Origin: Tubulanus polymorphus
Lineage: Eukaryota > Animalia > Nemertea
Length of the DNA: 64,000 bases
Assembly (NCBI RefSeq): GCF_964204645.1
Contig: NC_134025.1
Span: 23,602,299 to 23,666,298, forward strand
Direction: 5' to 3'
The notes below the pieces were generated by a model, which worked only from the letters and a program-made list of their open reading frames with translations, did not search any database and was not told the DNA's origin. Positions 1 through 14,200 of the stretch are shown here, one piece after another. The position numbers and the translations under genes were made by a program. Position 1 is the stretch's first letter, and each line of letters starts with the position of its first letter.

Positions 1-1
1 A

Positions 2-3000
2 GAACGAGAAAACCAGACTTTAAAAATCCGCAAAGACAATATTTCTTCTTTGTGGCAACGTGTTGTTGAGTTGGAAGAACTGAACAATAATCTGCTTAAG
101 TGTATGGCGGAAATCTCTAATATAATGGCCAATGAAAATGAATTGAACGGATTCCGTGTGTTCCTAAAGCGTAAAAGAGCAACAGGATGTTTATTGGACG
201 CTGATACTTTACCAGAAAATATAGACCATATTATATCGAGTGAAATTCCTCCCGAACTATTTTTAATATATCTCCAGGAAAGGCTTAGCGAGCTACAAAG
301 ACTCAATTTGACAATATCTGAAATCAAAGAAAATAATATTTCATTAGAGGAAGAGAACAGCAAATGCAACAAAATGATTCAAAAGTTGGAAGAAGAAAAG
401 AGCGAACGTCTTGAACTAACAACAGACGAAAGTTCAGAAAATCGGGCGTTATCGTCTCAGATTAAAGGGTTCAAACAGGAATTACAATGCCTTCGTGACG
501 TGGAATTAGAAATGACAAATGAAATGGAAGAGAAGGACAAAGCCATTCAAGAACTAACTATGAAAGTGCGTAGACTAAAAGGGGAGGTATACGATGAGAA
601 AAACAAGAAAATAAGTACACTAGAGCGTGAAAACGAAACGCTACGAAAATGTGAACGTGAATTTAAAGAATTGCAGAAGGTATGCAAGGATAACGCAGAG
701 GAAAAACGGGATCTGATTACTGATTACGAGGAAATGCAACTTCGTATTACTTCGCTGATATCAACAAATTCATCCTTAGAACGTGAGGTCGAAAGGCTAC
801 GGACGTTAGCCATCGATAGAACAGACGAAAACGTTGAACTGGAAAACGTTGAACATCAGTGTCAGACTCTGAGAAAAGAAAATCACGAGTTATCGCGTGA
901 AAATTCTCGATTACGCCAGGAAAATAGAGAACAACAAGTCATAATTGAAGACAATTCGGATGTAGTTGAGAAACTTCGAGCCGATGTTAACCATCACGAA
1001 TCCGCCAACTACGATCTTCAGAACAAAGTAACAGAATTACACAAAGAGAACGTTGACTTGGTTGACGATCGTCTTGAATCCGAGAAAATACGCGGTCAAC
1101 TTATCAAAGCTCTTATGGATGGTGACAGACTTGAGGGTGAACTTAATCTTTGTAAGGAGAGGCTGGTTGAATTGCAAGGAACATCTGATGTGCTGGGAGA
1201 ACAAAGCAAACGCTTACAAACGGAAGAGAATCGGGTTAACAAACTGGAGGAATATACCTCAAAAATAGAAGAAGAAAATCGAGGTCTGAAAAAGTCTTTG
1301 ATTGATAATGACGATATCAAGCGGAAATATGAAGATTTGGAATCCGATTACAGGAGAACGCTAGCTAGATTGAAAGAAGAAAGGGATAAAGGGGAAAATC
1401 TCTTGACACTGACTGAGGCTTTGGAAAATGACAATAAATCTTTTACTAATCAGTCGGAGCATATAGTACTTCTTATGACAACTATCGAGAATCTGAAATC
1501 AGAAAATGAGCATTTTCTGGAAGAAACCACACGTCTTCAACAACAGTTGAATTCGACGCAGCACATTTCCGTGGAAAGTGATAAACTAAAAGAAGAAATT
1601 CAACGGGGACGAGAGAACTTAAGAGACGCGATGCTGGCAATAGGGGATTTGACTGCTGCTAATAGGAAGTATCACACACAAGAACAGGAAGCGATTATAA
1701 CTCTAGCGAAATTGGACGAGTTTGAGCAAGAAAATATTGAATTGAGATCTAAAATCAATGAAATTCCGATACTAAAGTCGTATATACAGGAATTAGAACT
1801 GAAAAATACGGAGAATGTACGAACGTCCTCGGCAGAAATTGAGACTTTAAAGGAGGAACTAAAACGGGGTCGAGACAACATATGTCAAGCTATGCTAACA
1901 ATAGGAGATCTCACAGCTACCAATAAAAAGTATCAAGCAGATGAAATGGAGCTTATCAATAGTAAACATCAGATGAATTCATTGGAAAACGAAAATCATA
2001 GATTGGAAGCTGTTGCTTCAGATCTACAGTCTCAGTTGGAATTGTTACAGCAAAACAATAGGCAATTGGCATCTGAGGTCCTGGACACACAGAAAAAACT
2101 ATCTGAAGAATACAATCGTGCGCGTAGCTTATTGGTCCAAGTTCAGACTTTAAAAGAGGTCGAAAAACAATTTGTAAAACTTAAAGATGAAAATGCAAGT
2201 TTAGCTTTAGAACTTAAGATGCTGAAAGAATGTAAAAGAGAGACAAAGGGTGAACTTGATAATGTTGAAAGTAAACGTGATGACGAATGTGCGAGTAATA
2301 CAATGAAGGAGGAAAATACCGCTTATCGTGAACAGGTTTCACAGAGTATTGAATGCGGCTTACGCGGCACGGTAACAGATGATTTGACGAAACTAATAAA
2401 AAATGTCGTATTCAATATCGAAAAAGACCGAAGTGTACTGGAAAGCTGTCGTGTTGAGTTGGGCCGACTGCAGCATCATTTAAATCACATTGAAAGCGAA
2501 AATAAATCAACCCGTTCAGAACTTTACGATCTCAGACTGGACGTAGAACGTAATCGAAAGGACCAGGATAGTACCCTAGAATTTGAGACATTTGACGAAC
2601 GTCTTCGAAAATTAGAGCGAAACTATACGAATCTGGACGGATTTTATGATAAACTGACAGACATAGAGGAAAATCTACTCGATATTGATAGGTTTAAACT
2701 AAAGGTTATTGAGAAAGCTAATATCATGCAGCAGAGTTTAGATCGTCTGACTGAGCAGCGAAATGAACAAGAAATGGAAGTAGATAATCAGACTGTTGAA
2801 GCACCTCTAAACAAACGTCTTAGTGGTCGAATTCGTAAGGCACCTAAACCTGTCCAGCTACAAGTTAAAATCAAATCCCTTAGTGTAGATGATATAGAAT
2901 CGGCATCTGGCGGCAGTCGTGATATTGCCACTAAGATGAAAAAGAAAAATCCGCTCAATTGTAAACGGACAACCTATGGCAAAGTTTACAAGCAAACGCC

Positions 3001-5365
3001 GCACCGGCTTCATTCATTGTTTAGATACAAGCTGATTTTAAGTCGAATCGAAGAAAAACTCCGTACACAAGAGAAAGGCCTAAAAGAGGTTGGGTGTAGT
3101 GGACCTCTCAAACACAAAAATCCTTGCTTCGAATTAGAAACACTGAACAAAGAGTTGAAATCAAAATTAGAAGATCGTGAGATTGAGGTAGATTTACTGA
3201 TTCACGGAGAAACCGAACTGGAAAACACCAATCGCAACCTCTCTTCTGAAGTTCACGAATTAAAGGAATTTAAAATCAAATATGGTATGTATAGTCTTCT
3301 TAGTAGTTATTTTTTCGAAGAACAAAATAGACCTGACTTATGATGTTTATAGAACTTCTGAAGCAAGATCATGCTGGACTGATGATAGAATGTAGTCGAT
3401 TAACGAGCGATCTTAGAGTTTTGGAAGTAGATCGTAACGCTATTGAATCAGAACTTAACCGCATGAAACAGCATTTAGAGTCCACAAGGCTTGCAAAAGG
3501 TATATAAAATGCAAACCAATAAAAATGATGTTTTAAACCTAAAGAAAAGCTAATCCAAATGAAATACTCTACCGTCAGTTGGGGTTTAAAAACATGTATG
3601 TAATGTTATAGATTTACTGGAGACCGATAGAAAGGAGGCAGAAAATGAGGAAAGACGGCTACTACAAAACACTTTAGATATGAAAGTCGAGAAGAGACAA
3701 CTTCGAATGCACATTGAGAGAATTGAAAATGAAATATCACAACTTGAACGACACAGAAGTTGTTTTATTGATCATTTGTAAAAAAGCATATTCAAATATA
3801 TATGTTTCCATTGAATTATATGGTTAATCGATGTTTCAGGAAAATTGACCAGAGCCCTGATGACGAAAGACGAACTAATGTTTAAACAACGAGGTATCGT
3901 GAAACGATCTCTGCAGAAAAACGAAGAACTAACTGTAAGTTAACTTCGCCTTCAGTGTCGAGGAATTGGCTTCACTTTTTAGGTTCATGAATGTGTTTCG
4001 ACGAATGTAGGATCTGGTAAAAACAATACAAAGACGAAACAATCGTGTATTTTCCCAGTATCTTGACGAACTGAATCGAACTGCTGAGGAAAAATTGAAC
4101 GTCGTTAAAAGTCGTTCTCCCGGTAAGGGTTTTATTGATAGCTCGAATCGTTGATCCTGACTACGTCCGGCCAGTGGGAAACTGCCACCAGGGTGCCGTT
4201 TCACGAACAAGTTTAAGGCTTAAACGGTTAAGTTTGAATTGTTGTCCTCATTGAAGAAATGAAGTAACCAATGGCAATTACACCAAAAATTTGAGTTTAT
4301 TTTTTTGTGAAACTGGGCCCAGTTCTTAAATTATTCATACAAGACTTTGAACGTTCATGAAACTAACTCCCATCCGTATTGCGACGTTGTATCAACAGAT
4401 TTGCCTAAGTTTCTACGAGGAATGTTTCACAGATCCGAAGAAAAGGCAATGAATTTAGAAAAACAACATATTCATCAGCTGGAGAAGGTACGGGTTTAGA
4501 AATAAAGTTTTGAATATTAGAAATATAATTCTTAGCTAAGCAACGTTAAACGTATCTGATTTATAGAACGAAGAGTTAGAAATGATAAGAGTTGAACAGC
4601 AAGCGATTATAGATCGGCTAGAACTGGCTTTATCTTCGACGCATATAGAAATCGATCAGCTACAATCAATCAAAGATGTTTCTGAAATAATACTGCTCAT
4701 ATCATACCGCGATGCCGAACGGACATTAACTCTTCAACCGTCCAACGATTTCTTATCACCGATTACATCGAAAGACTCGATGAACTGCACAAAAGAAAGC
4801 GATTCCATTCGACTCACTACATTCAATGAGTTCGATGCTGATGATGGAAATGGGAATGATCTGAATAAAGTCGATGACTTACTGGTTGACAATAATATCA
4901 CTCATCCAGTTGTGGTGATTGGAGACGCGCACGATGGGTCGATGTATCCTTCAATGATTATGCCAGTAGCCACCAGCACTCCTAAAAAGAGAGTGGCATT
5001 TGCTAGTAATGATGAAATATTCACAGGTATATCATGACTGCGATTGAAGATTGATTCTTGACTAATAGTTTTATTTTTGGAGAAATTGCGATCCAATGCA
5101 ATATCCGTGGCGAAAAGAGTAGAATGAGATGATTTTTTCAATGGAGCAAGAAATTGAAATTGAAACAAGTATAATATATAACGTAAAATTCGTAAATGAT
5201 TAAGTAAGATTTCGTTCTATTGATTTAGATAATGAAGCGTATGAAAGAGAGACAGTGAAACCACCGCCAAATTCACCAGAAGACCAAGCGCACAGCATTC
5301 TCACGATATCTCCGCCACAACCTTCCCCACGACAAAAATCGAAAGCTGACTCACCAGATTCATGA
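2..5365 (+). CDS. Long multi-exon coiled-coil protein, 5'-truncated (exons approx. <2-3284, 3353-3499, 3612-3758, 3840-3934, 4011-4122, 4399-4487, 4567-5026, 5229-5365)
   Basis: The frame is open from base 2. The protein is E/K/L-rich with heptad character for >1,000 aa. Downstream GT-AG exons splice in compatible phase to TGA at 5363-5365. No family recognised. Confidence 0.8.
4189..4322. mobile_element. Short intronic MITE-like element
   Basis: Imperfect terminal inverted repeats: CAGGGTGCCGTTTCACGAA versus TTGTGAAACTGGGCCCAG. Confidence 0.45.
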
Positions 5366-5649
5366 CAACTTTTCAAATTTGCGTTTGAATAGAAAAAGAA
5401 CGCTCTAAAATTTGATGCATCATTCGATTAATGACTTTCGTCGGCCATCATGTTTCGGATGAGTAGCCTTATTTAGCTCGATTAAGAATTTTATTACTCG
5501 AAGCAATAAACTGAACTAAATTATTGATAGTTCCGTTCAATAAAGTAGGTGAAATTTTATGATTCCGGTGGTCTATTTATTGGGGAAGATGAAAGAAGTT
5601 GATACCGCACTATATCTTTCATATTCACTACAAACGTTCTGTGTGTATC

Positions 5650-7184
5650 ATGGATTGGAATTCCGTATTTCTATGTCAGATTTTTACATATATCATGATT
5701 GTGAGTATTCTACGTTGCATATAAGATGGTAAATTGACGCAAAAGATATTAAGGATAAAAATTAACATTTGCTCGTGTTTGACTCATGGATAACCACTCA
5801 TTTATATTGAAAATTTGTATGTAGATATTGGTTTCACCGTTCCCAGTATACGAAGTGGTCGAGTACGGTCTAACGGATAGTGATTTGGAGGAGGGGAACT
5901 TTGTAGAAGTAGATAGTGATAGTAACATTAAGAAGCAGCTTAATTCGGAAAGTACCGAATATAATTCATCGTCTGATTTACTGAAAAGGGAATCCGTGGA
6001 ATTAGTCGAGTTCAGTGACGACGATTGGATCAATAAATGGGAACAAGATCTTGAAAATGATCCTTGGTGGAATGAAAGCGATTATGATTACAATCTTGAA
6101 TCAGATGACGAAGAACATGGTGTAAAAGATACAAGGGCTGCAGTTAATGAATTAGGATTGCCATCGGGTGAGTGGGATTAACATCTTCCTATTCAACATG
6201 GCAAATGCAACGCATAAACTGATAAGACTATCCAATTATGTGTAGATAATGAACAAGGAAAGGATGCTACAGATTTTTCGCCGATGGAATCAAATCAAGA
6301 CGAACAAAAAAAGGATGAAAATAAATATTTAGATTCGTTTCTAGACGGCAGTGGATCCGGCGACCAAGGTCTAGTATTCAAAATACGAAAAATAACAAAA
6401 TATACAAACTGCGCCTTGACCTTTTCAATAATGATTTCAGGTAGTGCTTCAGAACCACAAGCTTTCCTAGATCCAGGTAGGTATTCTAGTGAATATATAC
6501 ATTCTGTAACACGTTTAGTGCAGTGAAAGTTTCAAGGTGCATGTATTCATTCAATTAACGATTTTTCTTATACACAGAAATAGATAATTGCGGAATTTGG
6601 GTGAAGTGTCAGATTGAATTTTTGAAGTCGTACGAATCATTCGTGAACGCCCTCCCGCGATGCCCATGCTATTATCCGATGGGGTTGAAGTATTTCAGCG
6701 AGGTATGGGACAATGTGTCCGAAAGATACATCAGGTGGAAAGACATTGATGGTAAAAATGAACGTATCGATGTTTACAAACCGGATGCGGTGAACTGTAT
6801 CCGATCGGAATCACCGGGTTCATCCGTATTATCTGCTCAGGTTTGTTGCTACGATACATGGATGATGCTGATAACAAGGGGTCGAGGGGCCGGTACTTTG
6901 AATCTAGTAAGCCCAGACATTTCTTATACTTTACATCAGAAGATGGATATTCAACCGTGGGTCGTCTGTAAAGGTAACTGGTCAAAGTAAGAAATGATTT
7001 GATTATGTGCATTGAATTTCTGTCGAGATGTCCAGAAGTTGTTCATTTTCATCTGGAAAGTATTTCCTGTTTTCTCATTATCAGGTACCAACTTGGGCGA
7101 CCGACCGACAAACAAAATAACTGTTTGCCAAACCCAGAAGATACGGAATTTAAAAAGCAATTTAAAGAATTGATGTACAGATGA
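5650..7184 (+). CDS. ISM: Isthmin-like secreted AMOP-domain protein (exons 5650-5700, 5825-6167, 6246-6368, 6441-6476, 6578-6986, 7085-7184)
   Basis: Signal-peptide-like N-terminus (MDWNSVFLCQIFTYIMIILVSP). The C-terminus (LPRCPCYYP...YKPDAVNCIRS...AQVCCYD..MLITRGRGAGTLNLVS...DIQPWVVCKGNWSKY..RP) matches the isthmin AMOP domain residue for residue in its motifs. Confidence 0.9.
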
Positions 7185-8250
7185 TTATTGACGATAAATG
7201 TAATGATTCTTACTGCCAATTTAGTGCAATGGTGCCTGTAATACACGTTGACTGAAATGATGAAGAAAGACGTCGAATGAGCAATGAATCATAAACCATT
7301 CTGTGGTGTAGTGTAGCGTAATCCTCCGGATGTTATAAACCAAAAAATTTAAATTCTCTTTTAGTAATAAGCATTTATTATACAGTCTTATTGTACAGTC
7401 TTCAAATGTTCTTTGACAATATAGTTTGATTCGAAATTTCACAACGTTTCCGTTTTTGATACCATTCCCTGTCATGTCCAAAGATTGTGCCACATTTACT
7501 AATAGATACAACAATCTTCACTTGATATATGTAACATATTTTCATCAATTTTGAAATATTCTAAAAATCCAGTTCAAAACCCTTCTTTTAAAGACTGAGG
7601 CCACCCACAGTGAAAGAGTCTGCTCAACAATTGTCAACGATCTCATGAAATCACCAGAAAGATACAAACAATATAGAAATATGCTCACCAAAGAAAGGAA
7701 AGAGAATCAAATTCTAAATATTGATCAAGAACAAACTTTGGAAAACAATTTCATAAATTTGCATATTAATACAGTATTAAGTACAACAATGAAATGATAG
7801 CAGATAACATCATAAACATGAAAAGTAATACAACTAATATGATAAAATTTTCCAGGATAATTGAGCATATAACAGATATGACATACTAAAAGGTAGAAAT
7901 CGCGGCATTAGAACACATTGAGGTTTGAAAGCTATAATAAAATAAATACAAATAAATACTGTGCATATATATACATATACACATACATTTATTTCAATAA
8001 AATCTAATTAAAACCATAAATAACATTCATAAAGGAACAGTACAGACCAAATAATTATATCTTGATGAAGATTATCTGCATTCGTAATATCATCTGGATC
8101 TATCTAGAGTCAATTCATCAGAAATAGTAGATCACAAGTAAAATCAAACTACAGTAAATCTTGTGTATGTCGGATTAGTCTGAACCGGAAATAATAATTT
8201 CTGTCTCTAAATTAAGGAAATGAGTTTCCATGTTTCGGATTTTCATTTTT

Positions 8251-11200
8251 CTAAATCGGATCTTTTTCAAAGAAGTCCCTTAATCCAACTAGTTCATAAT
8301 CAAATTTTTTCGAAGGTCTGACATATTTTACCAGTCCCACATTTTCCAACTTACACGAGTTATACTGTAATTCCAACACCATATTTAACATAATATCTAA
8401 TTTGTCATGTGCGGTTCCTGATCTGGTATGAAAAGTTTCAGAAGCATGTTCAGCAGTGTTATAGTCTCTTGACAACCATTTGGTAGCTGGCGCAATGTCC
8501 AAACTAGCTGGAATTGTTCTTTTAAGCCCAATAACCTTAATAAATAAATATGATATCGTATTATATCATACAATTTCTACACATAACAATACATAGGGAT
8601 ATGTATTGATATATCTGAAGAAGTGCCAAATAGAATTAAATCAGTATTTGGGTAAAGATTAAAACCGACTTGTCGCTGCCCGTGCAGATATGCCAGTATT
8701 CAAAACAAATGAACCAAAACGCACCTGTTTGCCAGATCAGTTTTTGCAGTTGCTGGTAGATTTGATATACCAGCGTTTATAACTGCAACCCCTGCAGATG
8801 GACAAGGATTACGGCCACAGTTTGATAAAGCACGTCCAATCCTGAATAATGAGATACCATTTTTCAAACATTGTTATGCTCAAATTAATGAATAATATGC
8901 ACAAAATTTCTATTAGGTGAAGCATCAACGATTTCCTTACCTATTAGCAAACATCATCAGATCAATTGTAATATTCAGTTCCTTAATAATAGCCTCATTT
9001 TGGATGCATTTAGGATGAGCAGACATCAATTCACTGGCACATTTTCGAATATGACGCATTGCTTTCTAAAAAAAAAAAAAACTAACTTGGGGTCCAGGGG
9101 TGCCATTGGTCTGAAATGCTCGAAATTCTGACAATTTTGATATTCAACGCCCCCTTGCCAACAAATACAGAAACCTTCATAAAATATGTGATGGGCTATA
9201 ACTTTGCAATTGATTGTGGTTATGCAATATGCATGATTGTATGATTTAACATCTTACTCCCTTAGTGTGAAGAACAAAAAACTTTATAATCCCAATCCCA
9301 CATGAAGTGTATGTCCTATGACAATGCTGACAATAATGCAAAACCAAGACTTCACCCAGTGTGTCAAAACCTTTTGATTTTATAATTTTATCTATGAATG
9401 ATGACTGATGAAAGTAAGATGGCTGCCATTTGCGTAACAATCCACTGATCGAAAATGTTTTATGGATCAATTGCTAAACTATACCCAACTCAAATTTCAA
9501 TCAAATATAGCGAAGCATACAAAAGCTACAGGCCTATGATTTCAGAACAACCTACTTGGAATATATCTGCAGGGAGATTTTCAAGATTCACTTCATTTGG
9601 ATGTACCAAAAGCCGGAAAAGTGAAGAACCCAATTCTGCTGGTAAATTGTTCACATCATTTTCTGCAAAAGAGTTTATTAGACTTTGTAAACTTGTTAGT
9701 AATGAATCATTAGTCTCTCTAGTCCGTAGCCGTTTTTATACCTGATTGCTTTTTTGAACAGCGCAGCACATAAGTTTCCGCCCGTCCCAGTTCTACGATC
9801 ACATGCCCAAGTTTATTATTGTCGTCATTAAACACATGCATATTCATCAGTTCAGCCAAGTTAGCATGCATAAAATCCTGTCAAAAGATACCAACAGAAA
9901 AGTCTGATTAGAGGATATCATTACAAATATTCATTCTTTTTTAATCTAAACTCATGTGTTAGTTTGAAGTACAGTAAAATGTATCTCCGGAAATTTTCTT
10001 TGTGTTTAACCTGATGAATGATTGAATTCCATGAGAGTCCAGCACCAACAACATATCCCGACCAGCTAATGGATTGTGGGGTCATATGACCAATACCCGA
10101 CCAGTTACACAGCAACATTCCTAATGCATTATGATTAACAGCAGCTTCTATTGCACCAGTAACATTCGATAAAGCAGCTTCTGGGCAGCCAGCCAGACTA
10201 AAAGTTATAATTTGTAAAAACTGTACGCGTTTTGGCTATTTGCAACCTAAGCTTATATATAGGGTTGATATATCAAATTTTGTAATTTGTGTAACGATAC
10301 ACACCTATTCCATGCTGAAGTACCAGGACAAACCATAAATGGCAGGCCGCTTTCCTCATATTCTTTGCAATACTTAGAAAAATTGTAGTCAGCCTGTGAG
10401 AGGTGTAAAAGAACCACATGGATGAATTGATCCAGTACCAGAACAAGCATTTTAACGGAGTGTTAGGTATAGAATATTAGAGTAAACTTCAAAGATTTTG
10501 CAATGAGTCATACATGTACATGTACAACAATTTGGTAGTTCTGATTTTGAGTAAGATACCTGAAAACCATACTCCATCAGTATCATATTCAGAGGCAGAT
10601 GAGGCATTGTGTCTATGCCGCCATGAAAAACAAATCCACAAAGTTGTACAGTGTGATCAGCTTTTAATGGCAACAACCGATGAGCATCATCCAAAAATAG
10701 TGCATCATCTTCAGTTGTGTTGAGTAGAAAGCTGCTTAGTCTAGGACCAACATTAACATAACTGAAGAAAGTCAAAGGTTAAAATAATTTTTGAAAGAAC
10801 TACGGTATCTTCTTCTGAGATGGTATATGTTCAGAAAAGTTAAAACACTATTCAGCTAAATTCATTCGGGTTATTATGAAATCTCTGAAGATAAGTGGTT
10901 TACTGATTCGACTGGTACGGAGCGATAGCAGTCATTAACTGAAATCAATTACAAACCTGGATGATGGGAATGCATTTAGAAATTCTCCAAACGTATAGTA
11001 GAGTTCCGGTATGTCATTGAATGCAACAGTAGGACACACATCTAACACAGGAATCAGTGTTATGAAAAGTAATGTACAAAAAGATTCTAAATCAACCAAC
11101 TCCCTGGAAATATAGAGCAAACATCACACTTAACCAATCCACAAAGAGTGAAATTCAATGATTGTTACAACAGGACTCATGTAGTTTTGGACTCGTTTAA

Positions 11201-14200
11201 TTTCATATGCAAGATGTAACACTGATAATTGAAATCTAAAATAACTTTTTTCCCGGATTTTCAAGCCAGTATCTTGTATGCCGTAGCTATAGCTACATCA
11301 TGTAATAAATACGTACATTACCGAGTATGGAAGTTGCCAGCCATGATTGGTTGGTTTCGTAAATCTAGTGTAGAAATGCACCTGAAATATAAAACACACC
11401 GCTAGGCATCAAATTGCGAATAGTTAATTTTGACCACAAGAAACATAGCAGCAGGTAGCAAGGTAACGGTTTATATGGAAAGATCTCTACAAATCTAAGC
11501 AGTTGTGTTGAATGGATAAGATTCACAAGCATTTTTTCCCCACCAACAAACCCTTCAAGGGTAAAACAGCTATCGTTCATACCTGATTAATTTTTAGAGT
11601 CGCTAACAGCTGAATAGTTGACTTAAGAGTTTCCTGAAATGCAGCAAACATATTCACAATGAATAAACAAAAACAAGCCAAACAGAAAAATTTCATATAC
11701 TTGCATACGCACCACAGTAGGGAGTCTTCCTTTAGATAGGTCCAATAGCACTCCTCTGACTGGCAATGCCGGGTGATCTAGAATCTGAAATATTGATTCA
11801 AACACCGTCAAAGACTTTGGTAGACTGGTATTAAGCGTACAGCTATTTTTGTTGCAGCAGAAAGTCAACAAAATCAGTTTACCTTTAAAGATGGAATTCC
11901 GTCGTCTTTAGTACACATAACTAGCATTTGACTGAATGTACATATTGCATAATATAACCCAGCTAAATCGTGTGATACAATTTTGATCTGTAAGAATAAT
12001 TGAAAATTACACAAACATAATGAAGTAGATCGAGTGATATAAACGTCCTGAACTTCATCGAACTGGATTAAGCAAGCTAGAACAAATTTGTCACTGAATT
12101 CTGGATTCCTGTTCGGAACAAATGATACGGTGATAAATCAATCTACATACCACATCATTATTAACTGATAATGAATATCCCTCGGGTTTGTTGACTAGAC
12201 GGGGATTTATATGACACATAATGTGCGGTTCATCTAATTTAACCGATGCATGGTGTAAACTCAATTCTAGAGAATATCCGAGTGTTTTTAGATAGTCTCG
12301 TTGTGATTCCCATATTCGTTTCATTTGCTGAACTGATTCTGAAATTTTGATATCAGTCGGTCACACATTTTGTGTATTTTCAGAACAAATTACTCCTCTA
12401 CCTGGTTGTATTCAATTACTGGCACTTTGAAAATTACCAGACTTACCAGAATGTGGTCCTGGAATGATACAAATTTTCAGATTTTCGGCAGGTTTGAATG
12501 GTTTTCCTTCTCTTTGGATGATTTTCTGAGGGGTTGGCCATAATAAATGCAGTCTGGTATCTGTGACTATGTTCGGCAAACTGGAATTGCTCAAACGTGG
12601 CTGAAATTGAATTAAAACCATGAAAATGTTCGAAGTTTGCATAAAAAATTGACTGATTGAAAAACCCATCTGGATATGTCAAAGATCCTTTCTCAAAGTA
12701 TACCCATCATGGATTTCAATAAAAATGGGAAATAAAGTGAATAATAAGTAGGCTAAAAAATCATAAGAATATTAAATGATCTAAATACTTTTTCACTGGA
12801 GATAGTATTTTGTTCTATTGGAAGTATTTTAGCAGGCAGTTCCGTAGGTGAATTGCACTTGTTCATATTCAGATCATTCAATTCTGAAAAACGAGATTAC
12901 AGTGTTTTATTGTTAATTACCTTCGTAACCTTTTCTGGTTACTTTGATAAATTCAACGATTAAAGCTCGACTCATTCAGGGGTCAGATTGCTGATTTTTC
13001 AAATTTTTTTTTCACATCCTTACGACTGGCTTTTATATCACAAAAATTCCACGCTTTTTCATTTTTTTTCCACATAACTTTTTTACAGATTTTTCTAATT
13101 TATTCACAATCCACAGGCAGAATCCACAGTTTTTACATCAATCTGACCCTTGCTCTTTTAAGTTGAACTTTTTCCACGAAGCTGGGACCAACAGGTAAAA
13201 TTAATCACAAGCTTACCAGAAGCGAGGTCATCGGTTGAGACATTTGTTATAGGACTTTGACCTCCAAGCTCAATTATTCTTTCCATGTTTGTGCCTTTGG
13301 CCATTTCAAGAGCTGATAAACCAGCATATTTGCTTGAAAATTATTTCATAATCATAACATATAAATTTTCTTTCTATGATTTAATTACTAGTAAAGATTA
13401 TCAGGAATGTTATCATGGTATTTGTCATACCCGAATTCAGCTTTGATTGAAGAATCAGCACCATAACTGATCAGTTCCTCCACTATGCTAATATCTCCTC
13501 TACAAACTGCATCATGAAGCGCAGTACTCCCTTGAGCATTTTGTACATTTATGTTAGCTCCATGTTCTATAAGAGATAATATAACGGTATCATTAGAGAA
13601 TGGATGAATATTAAAATCTCTTAGGAAAAAGCCACACATATAGGCCTATACCATCAAAGATTATCATTTTTCGTTTAATTCACTGACCACATAGACATTG
13701 GATCATTTCTTTGTCCGCAAAGCTAGCTGCCCAGTGCAATGGTGTGTTCTGACTTTCAGCACTATCTATCAAGTTTATATCAACACCAGCATCCAATATC
13801 TCACAAACACGAACAACACTAATAAAGGAAATATAAGGAATTAGTAAGATTTCTCATTGCTGTTTTAATATCTCCGTCTATAAATCTTACTTTGATTGAG
13901 CCACTGCCTGCAAAAGTTCAGTGTTGAAAACCTCTAATACTTTATCCATGGTAGCGCAATTGAACGGCGACACGCCGTTCTTGTTCCGTAAACCGGGATC
14001 AGCACCAGCGGCAAGTAATGTTCGGACAATATCAGGTCGACCAAGCTATTGGGAAATAACATATTGATCACAATAATAATGATAGTAAATTTGTATATGT
14101 TCACCAGCGCTTTTATTATAGTGATACTGAATTAGATCATAACAACTGGAAAAAAGAAATGTCCCAAACTGTTCATTAATTCTATTTACCTTGGACGCTA

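Noticed and set aside
6811-6820. TCACCGGG, a miR-36 seed-like word (miR-36 often accompanies miR-279)
   Set aside because: Lies inside an isthmin coding exon with no hairpin partner.
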